A DNA stretch of 64,000 bases, taken from contig OZ024749.1 of the NCBI GenBank assembly GCA_964016885.1, forward strand, positions 16,678,001 through 16,742,000, in the 5' to 3' direction. The first letter of the stretch is position 1; every line of letters begins with the position of its first letter. Source of the stretch: Eledone cirrhosa (taxonomy: Eukaryota). Shown in pieces: positions 46,252 to 64,000 of this stretch. The notes below the pieces were generated by a model. The model was not told the DNA's origin. It was given only the letters and a program-made list of their open reading frames with translations, and ran no database searches. Both the position numbers and the translations under genes were made by a program.

Positions 46252-48972
46252 CGATATGTGCTTTTACGATTCTCTAGAGAGGCCGGAAGATAGGTAAATA
46301 TTGCTGATGAGTTGTAACAACAACGAAACTAGTTCAATATTCCTTGTCTGGCTTTCTGGAGAATAGAGGAAAGGTGTTTCCTCAAAAACCAGTATGACTC
46401 TAAAAACCGGTTTGTCTGTGTGTTTACATACAGAATAGCTGGCCACTCACAGTAAAGTGACCAGTGAAAAAACTTGGTACATCTACATATGTATACGTGT
46501 GTGTATTCATATACATACTAGTATTTCAGTATACATATATGGATGTACATCTTTAACTTAATTGTTTAAGCGTCAGTCATACAAAAGTGAGTTACAAACG
46601 AAACGAAATTTAATTTCGTTTCGTTATTTGTTTTTATCGTCTCCGTTGAACCGGTACTTACTCACACTCTATGCAAATTAGTCTGCCCACTACTAATTTT
46701 CATAGAAAAAGCATATAACGATATGTGCTTTTACGATTCTCTAGAGAGGCCGGAAGATAGGTAAATATTGCTGATGAGTTGTAACAACAACGAAACTAGT
46801 TCAATATTCCTTGTCTGGCTTTCTGGAGAATAGAGGAAAGGTGTTTCCTCAAAAACCAGTATGACTCTAAAAACCGGTTTGTCTGTGTGTTTACATACAG
46901 AATAGCTGGCCACTCACAGTAAAGTGACCAGTGAAAAAACTTGGTACATCTACATATGTATACGTGTGTGTATTCATATACATACTAGTATTTCAGTATA
47001 CATATATGGATGTACATCTTTAACTTAATTGTTTAAGCGTCAGTCATACAAAAGTGAGTTACAAACGAAACGAAATTTAATTTCGTTTCGTTATTTGTTT
47101 TTATCGTCTCCGTTGAACCGGTACTTACTCACACTCTATGCAAATTAGTCTGCCCACTACTAATTTTCATAGAAAAAGCATATAACGATATGTGCTTTTA
47201 CGATTCTCTAGAGAGGCCGGAAGATAGGTAAATATTGCTGATGAGTTGTAACAACAACGAAACTAGTTCAATATTCCTTGTCTGGCTTTCTGGAGAATAG
47301 AGGAAAGGTGTTTCCTCAAAAACCAGTATGACTCTAAAAACCGGTTTGTCTGTGTGTTTACATACAGAATAGCTGGCCACTCACAGTAAAGTGACCAGTG
47401 AAAAAACTTGGTACATCTACATATGTATACGTGTGTGTATTCATATACATACTAGTATTTCAGTATACATATATGGATGTACATCTTTAACTTAATTGTT
47501 TAAGCGTCAGTCATACAAAAGTGAGTTACAAACGAAACGAAATTTAATTTCGTTTCGTTATTTGTTTTTATCGTCTCCGTTGAACCGGTACTTACTCACA
47601 CTCTATGCAAATTAGTCTGCCCACTACTAATTTTCATAGAAAAAGCATATAACGATATGTGCTTTTACGATTCTCTAGAGAGGCCGGAAGATAGGTAAAT
47701 ATTGCTGATGAGTTGTAACAACAACGAAACTAGTTCAATATTCCTTGTCTGGCTTTCTGGAGAATAGAGGAAAGGTGTTTCCTCAAAAACCAGTATGACT
47801 CTAAAAACCGGTTTGTCTGTGTGTTTACATACAGAATAGCTGGCCACTCACAGTAAAGTGACCAGTGAAAAAACTTGGTACATCTACATATGTATACGTG
47901 TGTGTATTCATATACATACTAGTATTTCAGTATACATATATGGATGTACATCTTTAACTTAATTGTTTAAGCGTCAGTCATACAAAAGTGAGTTACAAAC
48001 GAAACGAAATTTAATTTCGTTTCGTTATTTGTTTTTATCGTCTCCGTTGAACCGGTACTTACTCACACTCTATGCAAATTAGTCTGCCCACTACTAATTT
48101 TCATAGAAAAAGCATATAACGATATGTGCTTTTACGATTCTCTAGAGAGGCCGGAAGATAGGTAAATATTGCTGATGAGTTGTAACAACAACGAAACTAG
48201 TTCAATATTCCTTGTCTGGCTTTCTGGAGAATAGAGGAAAGGTGTTTCCTCAAAAACCAGTATGACTCTAAAAACCGGTTTGTCTGTGTGTTTACATACA
48301 GAATAGCTGGCCACTCACAGTAAAGTGACCAGTGAAAAAACTTGGTACATCTACATATGTATACGTGTGTGTATTCATATACATACTAGTATTTCAGTAT
48401 ACATATATGGATGTACATCTTTAACTTAATTGTTTAAGCGTCAGTCATACAAAAGTGAGTTACAAACGAAACGAAATTTAATTTCGTTTCGTTATTTGTT
48501 TTTATCGTCTCCGTTGAACCGGTACTTACTCACACTCTATGCAAATTAGTCTGCCCACTACTAATTTTCATAGAAAAAGCATATAACGATATGTGCTTTT
48601 ACGATTCTCTAGAGAGGCCGGAAGATAGGTAAATATTGCTGATGAGTTGTAACAACAACGAAACTAGTTCAATATTCCTTGTCTGGCTTTCTGGAGAATA
48701 GAGGAAAGGTGTTTCCTCAAAAACCAGTATGACTCTAAAAACCGGTTTGTCTGTGTGTTTACATACAGAATAGCTGGCCACTCACAGTAAAGTGACCAGT
48801 GAAAAAACTTGGTACATCTACATATGTATACGTGTGTGTATTCATATACATACTAGTATTTCAGTATACATATATGGATGTACATCTTTAACTTAATTGT
48901 TTAAGCGTCAGTCATACAAAAGTGAGTTACAAACGAAACGAAATTTAATTTCGTTTCGTTATTTGTTTTTAT

Positions 48973-52044
<3,072 letters not shown>

Positions 52045-52050
52045 TATATG

Positions 52051-52098
<48 letters not shown>

Positions 52099-52100
52099 TA

Positions 52101-55078
52101 CTCTTTTACTCTTTTACCTGTTTCAGCCATCCGGCTGAGGCCATGCTGGGGCACCGCCCTTGTTGCTACACATTTTATCTCCAGCCTGTATAGGTTGGCC
52201 ACTGGTGTAGGAGGGAGTTTGTTGCTGCTGCCCTTAGGTTTCCCTCGTGTCTTGCTGTGGGCTCATCCGGGATCCTGGATAACAAGGTGTCGAGATGTTT
52301 CTTAAAGACATCCACCTCCACGTCATGCAAGTCTCGCAGATGCCTCGGCAGCCTGTTGAAGAGTTGAGGGCCCTTGAATCCCAGGCTATTGCAATACCTG
52401 CTCCTTATTCTAGATGTGGAAGACGGGACCTTTGGCACCACACAGTGACGTCCTGTTCGACGGTTGGTCCAGCTCCCAATGCCAAAGTTTGGTGCTAGTC
52501 CCTCCAGGATTTTCCACATGTAGATCACTGCGTATCTCTCCCGTCTTCGCTCCAAGGAGTAGAGGTTCAGTTCCTTCAGCCTCTCCCAGTAGCTTGTCTC
52601 CGTCATCTTGGCAATCCTCTTGGTGTAGCTTCGCTGGATTGCCTCAAGCTCTGTGGTTAGTTTGACACTATGGGGTGACCACAGCTGGGAGCAGTAGTCC
52701 AGGCGGCTTAGGACAGAAGTCCTCCACAGTGTCAACATGGTGTCTCGATCTCTTGTAAGGAAAGTCCTCAAGATCCAGCCAGCGAATCGTCTACATGCTG
52801 TCGCCACCTTCATGATGTGTGAAGAAAAAGATGCATCATCGCTCATGTCTATGCCCAGGTCTCGTATCGATTTTGACACGGGGATATCGGTCCCTCCTGG
52901 TCCTGTGTAGGTGTGTTCCGCTATATTTGTGTTTGTGTTTGCAGGTTTGTATTGTAGGGCTTGGAATTTGCCAGCATTAAACTGCATGTTGTTTTCTTCC
53001 GCCCATCTGTATATGGCATCCAGATCCTGCTGTAAGAGGGCAGCGTCAGCCGGGTTTTTGATTGCCTGTGCTACCTTAGTGTCATCAGCATAGCTAGTGA
53101 GGGATGTTGTTGCATGCACCACAGAGGGCATGTCCGAGAGAGCCACCAAAAACAGTAGTGGTCCCAGGACTGTCCCCTGAGGCACCCCACTTGTTATCGG
53201 TGTTTCCCTCGAGAGGGCCCCATTTGCTGCGACTGCCTGGCTTCTGTCCCTCAGGAAGCCATGCAGCCACTCACCTACTTTTCCAGTTATGCCGAGTCCG
53301 TGTAGTTTGTGACATATCATTCCGTGGTCGACCTTGTCAAAGGCCTTCGCAAAGTCAAGATATATCACGTCTACATGTGAGCTGTCTAGTAGCTGTCTCA
53401 GTACCCAGTCGTAGTGATGTAGCAGCTGTGTAAGGCAGCTTCTTCCTGGGCGGAAGCCATGTTGCGTGCTAGTCAGGCGGTCATTTTCTTCGAGGAAAGT
53501 GATTAGTTTCTTTCTGACGACTCGCTCCATGACCTTACTGATATGCGACGTCAGGGAGACTGGCCTATAGTTCTTGGCCTCCGCTCTACTACCTCCTTTA
53601 TGGATAGGGCATATTGTGCCTTCTTTCAGCTCCCTGGGTAGTACACCGCTAGCCAAGGAGCTTCCGAAGAGCATCTTCAGTGGAGTTGCTAAGGCCCGCT
53701 TACATATTTTTAGGAGAACTGCTGGGAATCCATCAGGTCCAGCAGCCGAGTCTGTTCTAATTTCATCAATGGCGTACACCACATCCTCCTCCGTTATGTC
53801 TATGTGGTTGATGGTTGCCATTTCTTGATGTAGTGTTGTGGCATCAAAGAACTCCTCTGGCTTCGTTATTTGCATGTGCCTCAGTGGACATGTGAAGACA
53901 CTTTTGTACTGTTCGTTCAGTATTTCACATATCTCTTGGGGATTTTCGGTTAATGAACCGTCCGTGTGGAAGAGTGGTCCAATCTTGCAGTGTACTGAGG
54001 CAGTTTCTTTTGCAAATTTAAAGAAGGCCTTAGGGTTTGTTTTAATGTTTTCTATGGCCCTGTTCTCTTTCCTTGCCCTCTCATTCTCATGTGAAAGCTT
54101 GAGTGCAATCTCGGTGTCAAGTAGTGCACGTTTCAAATAGGATTCCTTCTTGTTTTGGTTTTGTTGACTATTCAACTGGTTTGAGAGTTTAGTTCTACGT
54201 CTCATAAGGATTTTCCTATCTCTGGGAATAAGATTTTTGTGTCTGTTTGCCTCTTTCTCCGGGACACACTTTTTGCATATGGTGTGTATCGTTGTCATGA
54301 AGTGTTGAAATTGTGTGTTAGTGTCTTGTGTGGCGATGTTTGCACTCCATGTTTGCTTCCGGATTTCACTCTTAATCTTCTTCCAGTCAGCCCCGTAGAA
54401 GTTAAGGCTGGATAGCGTCCCGGAGCTTCTTGGTGGTTTTGTCTCTGTTGGTTCTCTTGGACCACATATCATTAGCTCTACCAAGTTATGATCCGAGAGA
54501 ATTGTTGGTGTCACCTTTACATTGTGGATGAGCACTTCGTTGTTTGTAAAACAGAGGTCCAGGACATTTTCGCCTCTTGTTGGGAGGAGTATTGCTTGCT
54601 CCATGAACAGCCTGTGTGTGAGGGCCAGCAGGGATTCCGTCTGTCTCTGTTCTATTGACGTCATTCCAGGGAGGAGGTGGCCCTCAGGCCATTTGACCTT
54701 TGGTAGGTTGAAGTCTCCCAGCAGTAGGATGTTGAGACCCTGGTCCAGTTTGTCAAGGACCTCTTCTATCCTACTTAGGCTATCCTCAAATTTACCCTCA
54801 TGACTGGGGGCATCGGGCGGCCGATATGTGACACATATTACCGTCTGTAGTTTCTTCATATGTATTATCAGTGTGTCACAGACTGAGTTTGAATGTGTCA
54901 ACAGTACAATTGGTGTGACATCTTCACGGATATACAGAGCAACCCCACCATGAGTTCTCTCCTTCCTGTCCGAACGAAATACAGTATATTTCGGTATATG
55001 TATTTCTGCATCTGCTATACTGCTTGTCAGGTGCGTTTCGGTTAGTGCCATGCATAGTGCTTGATTGCTTATGGCTAA
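52101..55078 (-). mobile_element. 5'-truncated CR1/L2-group LINE with open APE-RT ORF2 (52175-55078) and (GTAAAAGA)n tail
   Basis: [45 protein letters not shown] with no stops; 3' GGCGGTGCCCCAGCATGG..GTAAAAGAGTAAAAGAG; (TA)n on both sides. Confidence 0.93.
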
Positions 55079-56711
<1,633 letters not shown>

Positions 56712-57233
56712 ATAAGGGTGCTGCGGAGTTGCAAATGGGGTACATATGAAAAAAGTTTGTTCTTCATCAGTGATCTTCCAACTATCATAGGCATTTCATC
56801 GCTTTAAAGACCATCAAACCTGGTTGAAATGTGAGCAAGGAAGGAATTTCGCACAGGTCTAACGGGAGGAAGAAGGGGTCTGGTCTGCGAATTCGGTAAA
56901 CATAAGTTCTGTGAAATCGTAGACGAGGGAGAAAAAATTCCGACCAGCTTGGCCGAGAATATGAGAGAAAAGAATTACTCACAGGTCAAACGGGAAGAAA
57001 GAGGAGGAGATATATATATACATATATAGTGGTTAATGTTATATATGTGTTTGTGTCTATATTGTATCTGTATTATTTTTGACCGTCGGTCAGTCAATGG
57101 CAACATTGAGGACCGAGTAAGTTAGATTACCGATATAAAAGACAGCGAGAAGCGAAAACCAACCAAACAGTGAATGTGATATTGTTATACTTGGGGAGGG
57201 TCATATTAAATATGACCCTCCCCAAGTATAACA

Positions 57234-57264
<31 letters not shown>

Positions 57265-57265
57265 T

Positions 57266-58140
57266 GAAAAAATGGGGAGAAGAATACTGCATGGTTGCAC
57301 ATGGATAACATGTTATAAAATGAGTCCCTCATCAGTGATTTACCAACGGTCATATGTATTTCATTGCATTAAAAATCATATACCTCACGTTGGCGCAATA
57401 ATAACTAAAATAAGTTATTAGGACAATTAAAACGCGTAAAGCGAGTGAGACAAGTAAACAACACAGAGGAAACCTAACCGAAGATAGGAAAGACACAAGC
57501 TACATAGTTATTCTATCAGTATAAACTGGGTGAATATATGAGCGAGTAGAAAATAGACCTTTCGAGATGAATCCAATGTAAGAAAGAAGGAAAATCGTTA
57601 ACATCGCGAACGGGGGGAAGTGAGAAGGGGAGAAACAATGAGTGAGTGAGTAGAAGTGTGAGGAAGAGGTCAGTAGAGAGAAAGTGTTAACTGACATGAC
57701 AGAGGGGACGAAAGAAAGTAAGAGAAACAGAGAGAACGAGGGAGCAGTAAGAGAGAGAGAAAAACAGAATAGCAGTTTAGGTAAATATATGTGAAAAAAT
57801 GGGGAGAAGAATACTGCATAGTTGCACATGGATAACATGTTATAAAATGAGTCCCTCATCAGTGATTTACCAACGGTCATAGGTATTTCATTGCATTAAA
57901 AATCATATACCTCACTTTGGCGCAATAATAACTAAAATAAATTATTAGTACAATTAAAACGCGTAAAGCGAGTGAGACAAGTAAACAACACAGAGGAAAG
58001 CTAACCGAAGATAGGAAAGACACAAGCTACATAGTTATTCTATCAGTATAAGCTGGGTGAATATATGAGCGAGTAGAAAATAGACCTTTCGAGATGAATC
58101 CAATGTAAGAAAGAAGGAAAATCGTTAACATCGCGAACGT
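57266..58140. repeat. 527-bp tandem duplication (~1.7 copies)
   Basis: GAAAAAATGGGGAGAAGAATACTGC at 57266 and 57793. Confidence 0.9.
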
Positions 58141-58299
58141 TAACATCGCGAACGTTAACTTGTGGATGGGACACCTGATCTATATGTGAGATGCGAGTTT
58201 ATGTATTGCTTGGTGGCCAGACAAGTGTCCTGGTATGAGAGATTTAATCTCCAGATTGTAATCATCATGATATGAACTCCTTTAGTACCTATTAATGGA

Positions 58300-58745
58300 C
58301 TCCACTCTAACTTGTAGATGTGATACCTAATTGATTATATATGAGATGGGAGGTAATCTATTGCTTGATGACCAGACTAGTGCCTTTATATGAGAGATTA
58401 GATCTCCGGACCACCCCGAAGGTATTCAGATTTACCGGAGATTCAGGCATGCAATAACCCGGAGCCTACCGGGGGGCATATATAATAGTGGGACCATACC
58501 AGGTCCTACTGTTATATTACATTTGCATGGAACAGGGATTTGAGAGTCTGACTCCTCTTATAGAATATTCAGATATGACACCCCTTAATGGATGGTAATC
58601 ACCCTAATATATACACCCTTGTACTTCTTAATGGACAACTCTCTAACCTATAAATGGGAAACATACTCTAGAAATTAGTTATAACTTCATATGATAGGCA
58701 CGTATTTGAATCACCATTAATCTAGTTTAGGATAATAATTTAACC
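58300..58745 (+). mobile_element. Non-coding segment homologous to 33300-33620 (minus), probably PLE 3' region
   Basis: Shared blocks such as CAGRCATGCAAT, TAGAATATTC, GGTAATCAYCCTAATAT, TATGATAGG..ACCATTAAT. Confidence 0.6.
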
Positions 58746-59440
58746 AAGATAACTAACTAGTTACCTCCCCTTACGCTTTAACTCCCCTTAGTCATTCAGA
58801 CACTTCCGGAATCTAAACAGCATGATCTATTAATTAAGAACCGACTGGATACGGTATATAACTTGATTATATGCCGAACCATCGTGAATTATACGATAGA
58901 CACGTGTTCTATATATTGCGTCTCATGGATTATGTGAGTGGTGAGCGAAGACAGTGGTACGGCTTTGCCTACGATACAATAAGGTTTATAGTATGTTGAA
59001 AGTTTCTGATATTTTGGTGTTTCCCTGCATCCGGAACTGTATATCATACAGATGTATGCGAATAAATCACTTAATAATTCAGCCTACATAATAGATCGAT
59101 TGCCTGCTTCAACTGCCTGACCCTGCAAATATCATTCTGACGCACTCTAATCATGTATAAATAAGACACGCGTGCATGCTACACGTGAGATTGTTTCATA
59201 CACAGACTACTCTAAACTTTCCTTTTGTTTTATCTTCATAGACTGCCAACGCTTCATGTTTATCTTTATTTTCATTTTTGTTTTTATTTTTATTTATTTT
59301 TATCCTGTAACCTTTATATGTAAATTGCCATGCTATATCATTTGATGAATGTCACCCCACTGTTGATCAATATGCGCATATGTCTTATATGTCTCTTGGG
59401 TTGAAAAGGAGGTCAAGTATGTTATAGATCAGTAAATAGC

Positions 59441-59487
59441 TGCTCCGAAGAATCCAAACCTCGGTTTGGAGGAAACAATTGTAAGCA
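59441..59487 (+). ncRNA. Hammerhead variant (CCGAAGA core)
   Basis: TGCT CCGAAGA A TCCAAACC tc GGTTTGGA G GAAA CAATTG TA AGCA. Confidence 0.6.
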
Positions 59488-59693
59488 AATAAATGACTTA
59501 AACTGAACTTTGATTATTGTAATCTCTATATAACTGCTCTGTAAAACAACTGATGTTATTACATTGAGCTATTTACCTTACTGGTAATAGGATAGTAATT
59601 AATGACTATCTTTCACTGTTTAAGGTTTGTATAAATAATATATTACCATTAAAGGTTTTATTACATACATAACCATAAATAGTATCCTTAATA

Positions 59694-61522
<1,829 letters not shown>

Positions 61523-61570
61523 TAAGAGAGTAAAACAAAGAATCCTTTAATACATCAAAAGTTTTTATTA

Positions 61571-61608
61571 GCCGACAATGTTTCGTCCTATTAAGGACTC
61601 ATCAGGGC
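61571..61608 (-). ncRNA. Minimal type I hammerhead ribozyme (canonical GUC site)
   Basis: GCC CTGATGA GTCCT taat AGGAC GAAA CA t TG TC GGC, followed by AATAAA. Confidence 0.85.
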
Positions 61609-61819
61609 AATCAAACAACAAGAAGTAATTTCGGCAGATACAAGCCAGAAACTCTGAAGAATATGGGGTTTGCATATACTAATGTCTTACAAGGATATAC
61701 GATAATAAAAATGAGGATAAAACTATAATAACTAAGGATGTAGATGACATTAAGAACCATATTACAAATATGGTCCAAAGTCACCAACTTAAATCTAAAC
61801 AAATTTGGTTATATAGAAC

Positions 61820-63436
61820 AGGAATTATATCGTGATGATGCATTGTTTATAATTAACTCTAGTACCAATAATGTAGAACGTAATAAGAAGAAGCTTCATA
61901 AGTTTTTTAATAACTACAACCTTTCAATCACGATAGATAGAAACGATAGAGCGGTTAACTTTTTAGATGTGACTTTGGACTTGGCCACTAATAGTTTTAA
62001 ACCCTTCCATAAGCCTAATGAAATTCTTTCTTATGTTAACCCCAATTCTAACCACCCTAAGTCTATGATAAACTCTATAATTAAGGGCGTTTCTAATAGG
62101 ATTTCCACACTATCTAAGGACATAGGAACTTTTAATGAGCATGCGGAGTACTACAATAACGCCCTAGCAAATTCAGGTCACTCTAGTAAAATAAATTATA
62201 ATAATAGTAACCTTAGAAAGTCTCCGCTTACTCTTAATAATAATAACATTATATCACATAACATGGCTATGAATGTGAGTAGCAAACTTAGTAACCGTAG
62301 TACTTATATAGGAGTATCTGAACCCACCCATAGGTTATCCCACCGGACTCGTAGTAACAAGAGACAAGTCGAGCCCCCTGTGCGCTCACGCATTGGTGTT
62401 GATTTGGCTGGATCTTGTTCTAGTAATGTTGCTCCTACTGATCCTTTTATTGGCCTTAATCCTCTTGTAGGGACTCTGAACAACAGTGGATCTACTGGAG
62501 GTAGAAAATATAATAGGCAAAATGTAATTATGGCTGATTCTATGAATGCGGCTTCAGATATTCCCGATAGTAACCCTGGTCTTGAAGGTGTGACTTTTGA
62601 TAGAGGTAGGGTCGATAGGAGTAAAAATAAAAATAAAAATAGAAGGCGATTGAATACTTATTTCAACCCGCCATATAACCAGGATGTATCAACTAATATC
62701 CCTAGGTCTTTCTTCACTATCCTGGAGAAAAATTTCCCCCCCTTCTCACAAATACCATGGTATTTTTAATAAAAATATTATTAAACTATCATTCTCTACC
62801 ACCCCTAATGTTAGTTCTCATTTAGCTAGCACTAATAATAGGAAGATTAGGGGTGGATTCTCCTCTCTGCAGAATAATAGCCTGAATGCATCGGACAATG
62901 CTTTACCACCAGAACAGTCCTTATCTAATGGAGGTCCTAGGTGCAATACATCACCACTTGAGCCAACCAATAACACCCGGAAGTGCAATTGTAGAGTGAG
63001 TGCTAACTGCCCTCTAAACGGTAACTGCCTTTCTAAAAACATAGTCTATGCTTGTGAGGTTATAACTAATTCCTCTAAAGGAACATATATAGGATCTACT
63101 TCAAACACCTTTAAGACTAGATTTAACTCTCATATCTCTAACTTCAAGCATATTAGGTTTAAGAATTCCACCTCTCTAGCGCATTATATCTGGGACCTTA
63201 AGGGAGCTTGTATACCATATAGCCTTAACTGGAGTTTAGTAGCACAATCTAACCACCTTTCTGCACATAGTAAGTTTTGTAATCTCTGTATACTTGAGAC
63301 ACACTCTATTATTTTCTCTAGCGTACCCTTACTGAATAGAAAGTCTGAGATATTTTCTTTTTGCCCCCATGCAATTTCTAATTCTTACTTTTATTATAAA
63401 CCCAAATGTTCTAGTAGTACAAATCGAACCCATTAG
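61820..63436 (+). mobile_element. 5'-truncated Penelope-like element (RT thumb, long linker, GIY-YIG), one frameshift near 62740
   Basis: LYRDDAL, VNFLDVTL, SNHP, YFNPPYN, CNCRVSANCPL, YIGSTSNTFKTRFNSH, CNLC; same family as 34060-35950. Confidence 0.92.
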
Positions 63437-64000
63437 CAGATATATTCCATTACTTAGTTCTTTGTTTAGGTTCTTTTGTTTGCCAACACTATTGTTAACA
63501 TTGGTTTTTGATGACTCTTCATTCTAGCTCTCATAATCATTTGGCCACTGTACCGTATCTATGTCTTCACTATTACACCTTGTTAGTATACATAAGATTA
63601 CACACGTTATTACTTTTATATATTCTTTTATTATCATTAACTTTAATTTTTAATTTTAACATTATTTTTATTTTTATTTTTTATTTTCAATTCTATTTAT
63701 ATTTTTATTTTTAAGTCTATTCTTATTTTTAAGTCTATTCTGATTTATCTATTAACCCCCCCCTTCTCCCCCCCCCCTGCACGCATAAACTTATTGTCAA
63801 CCCCCCTAGATTGAATATGATTATATTAAAACCCCTCCCCACTCTTTTATGCTCTGTTCTATTATTTATTGTAGTATATCGAATTTATTATAATTTATTA
63901 TAGTATATCGAATTATTATAGTATATCGAATTTATTTATAACTATAGTATATTTAATTTTTAATTTTAACATTATTTTTATTTTTATTTTTATTTTTATT

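Larger units (their letters stand above)
45764..48972 (+). repeat. Right arm: ~6.9 tandem 467-bp hammerhead monomers (ribozymes at 45830, 46297, 46764, 47231, 47698, 48165, 48632)
   Basis: Reverse complement of the left arm; 467-bp period. Confidence 0.95.

Overview
AT-rich eukaryotic animal DNA, most likely a coleoid cephalopod such as Octopus. This is inferred from the clustered C2H2 zinc-finger genes, a high-copy tRNA-type SINE and kilobase (TA)n arrays. The left half holds a tandemly duplicated C2H2-ZNF cluster: a 24-finger gene, a 10-finger gene, a pseudogene and one unit that has lost its CDS. It also holds a near-complete CR1/L2-group LINE whose ORF1/ORF2 junction sits on a G-GGA-AAC -1 slippery site. 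The right half is a nest of Penelope-like elements (PLEs), a second LINE and (TA)n arrays. The main find is a 5.5 kb palindromic array (43476-48972) of a 467-bp monomer. Each monomer carries a type I hammerhead ribozyme, an octamer/PSE-like/TATA-like upstream module, a structured body free of T4 runs, and a terminal hairpin plus T-run. Two divergent relatives (41.7-42.4 kb, 15.5-15.8 kb) keep the same fold with compensatory changes. Together they look like a retrozyme/satellite-2-like family of self-cleaving RNAs in or beside (TA)n, next to PLEs that could mobilise them. All (IY)n ORFs are microsatellite artefacts.
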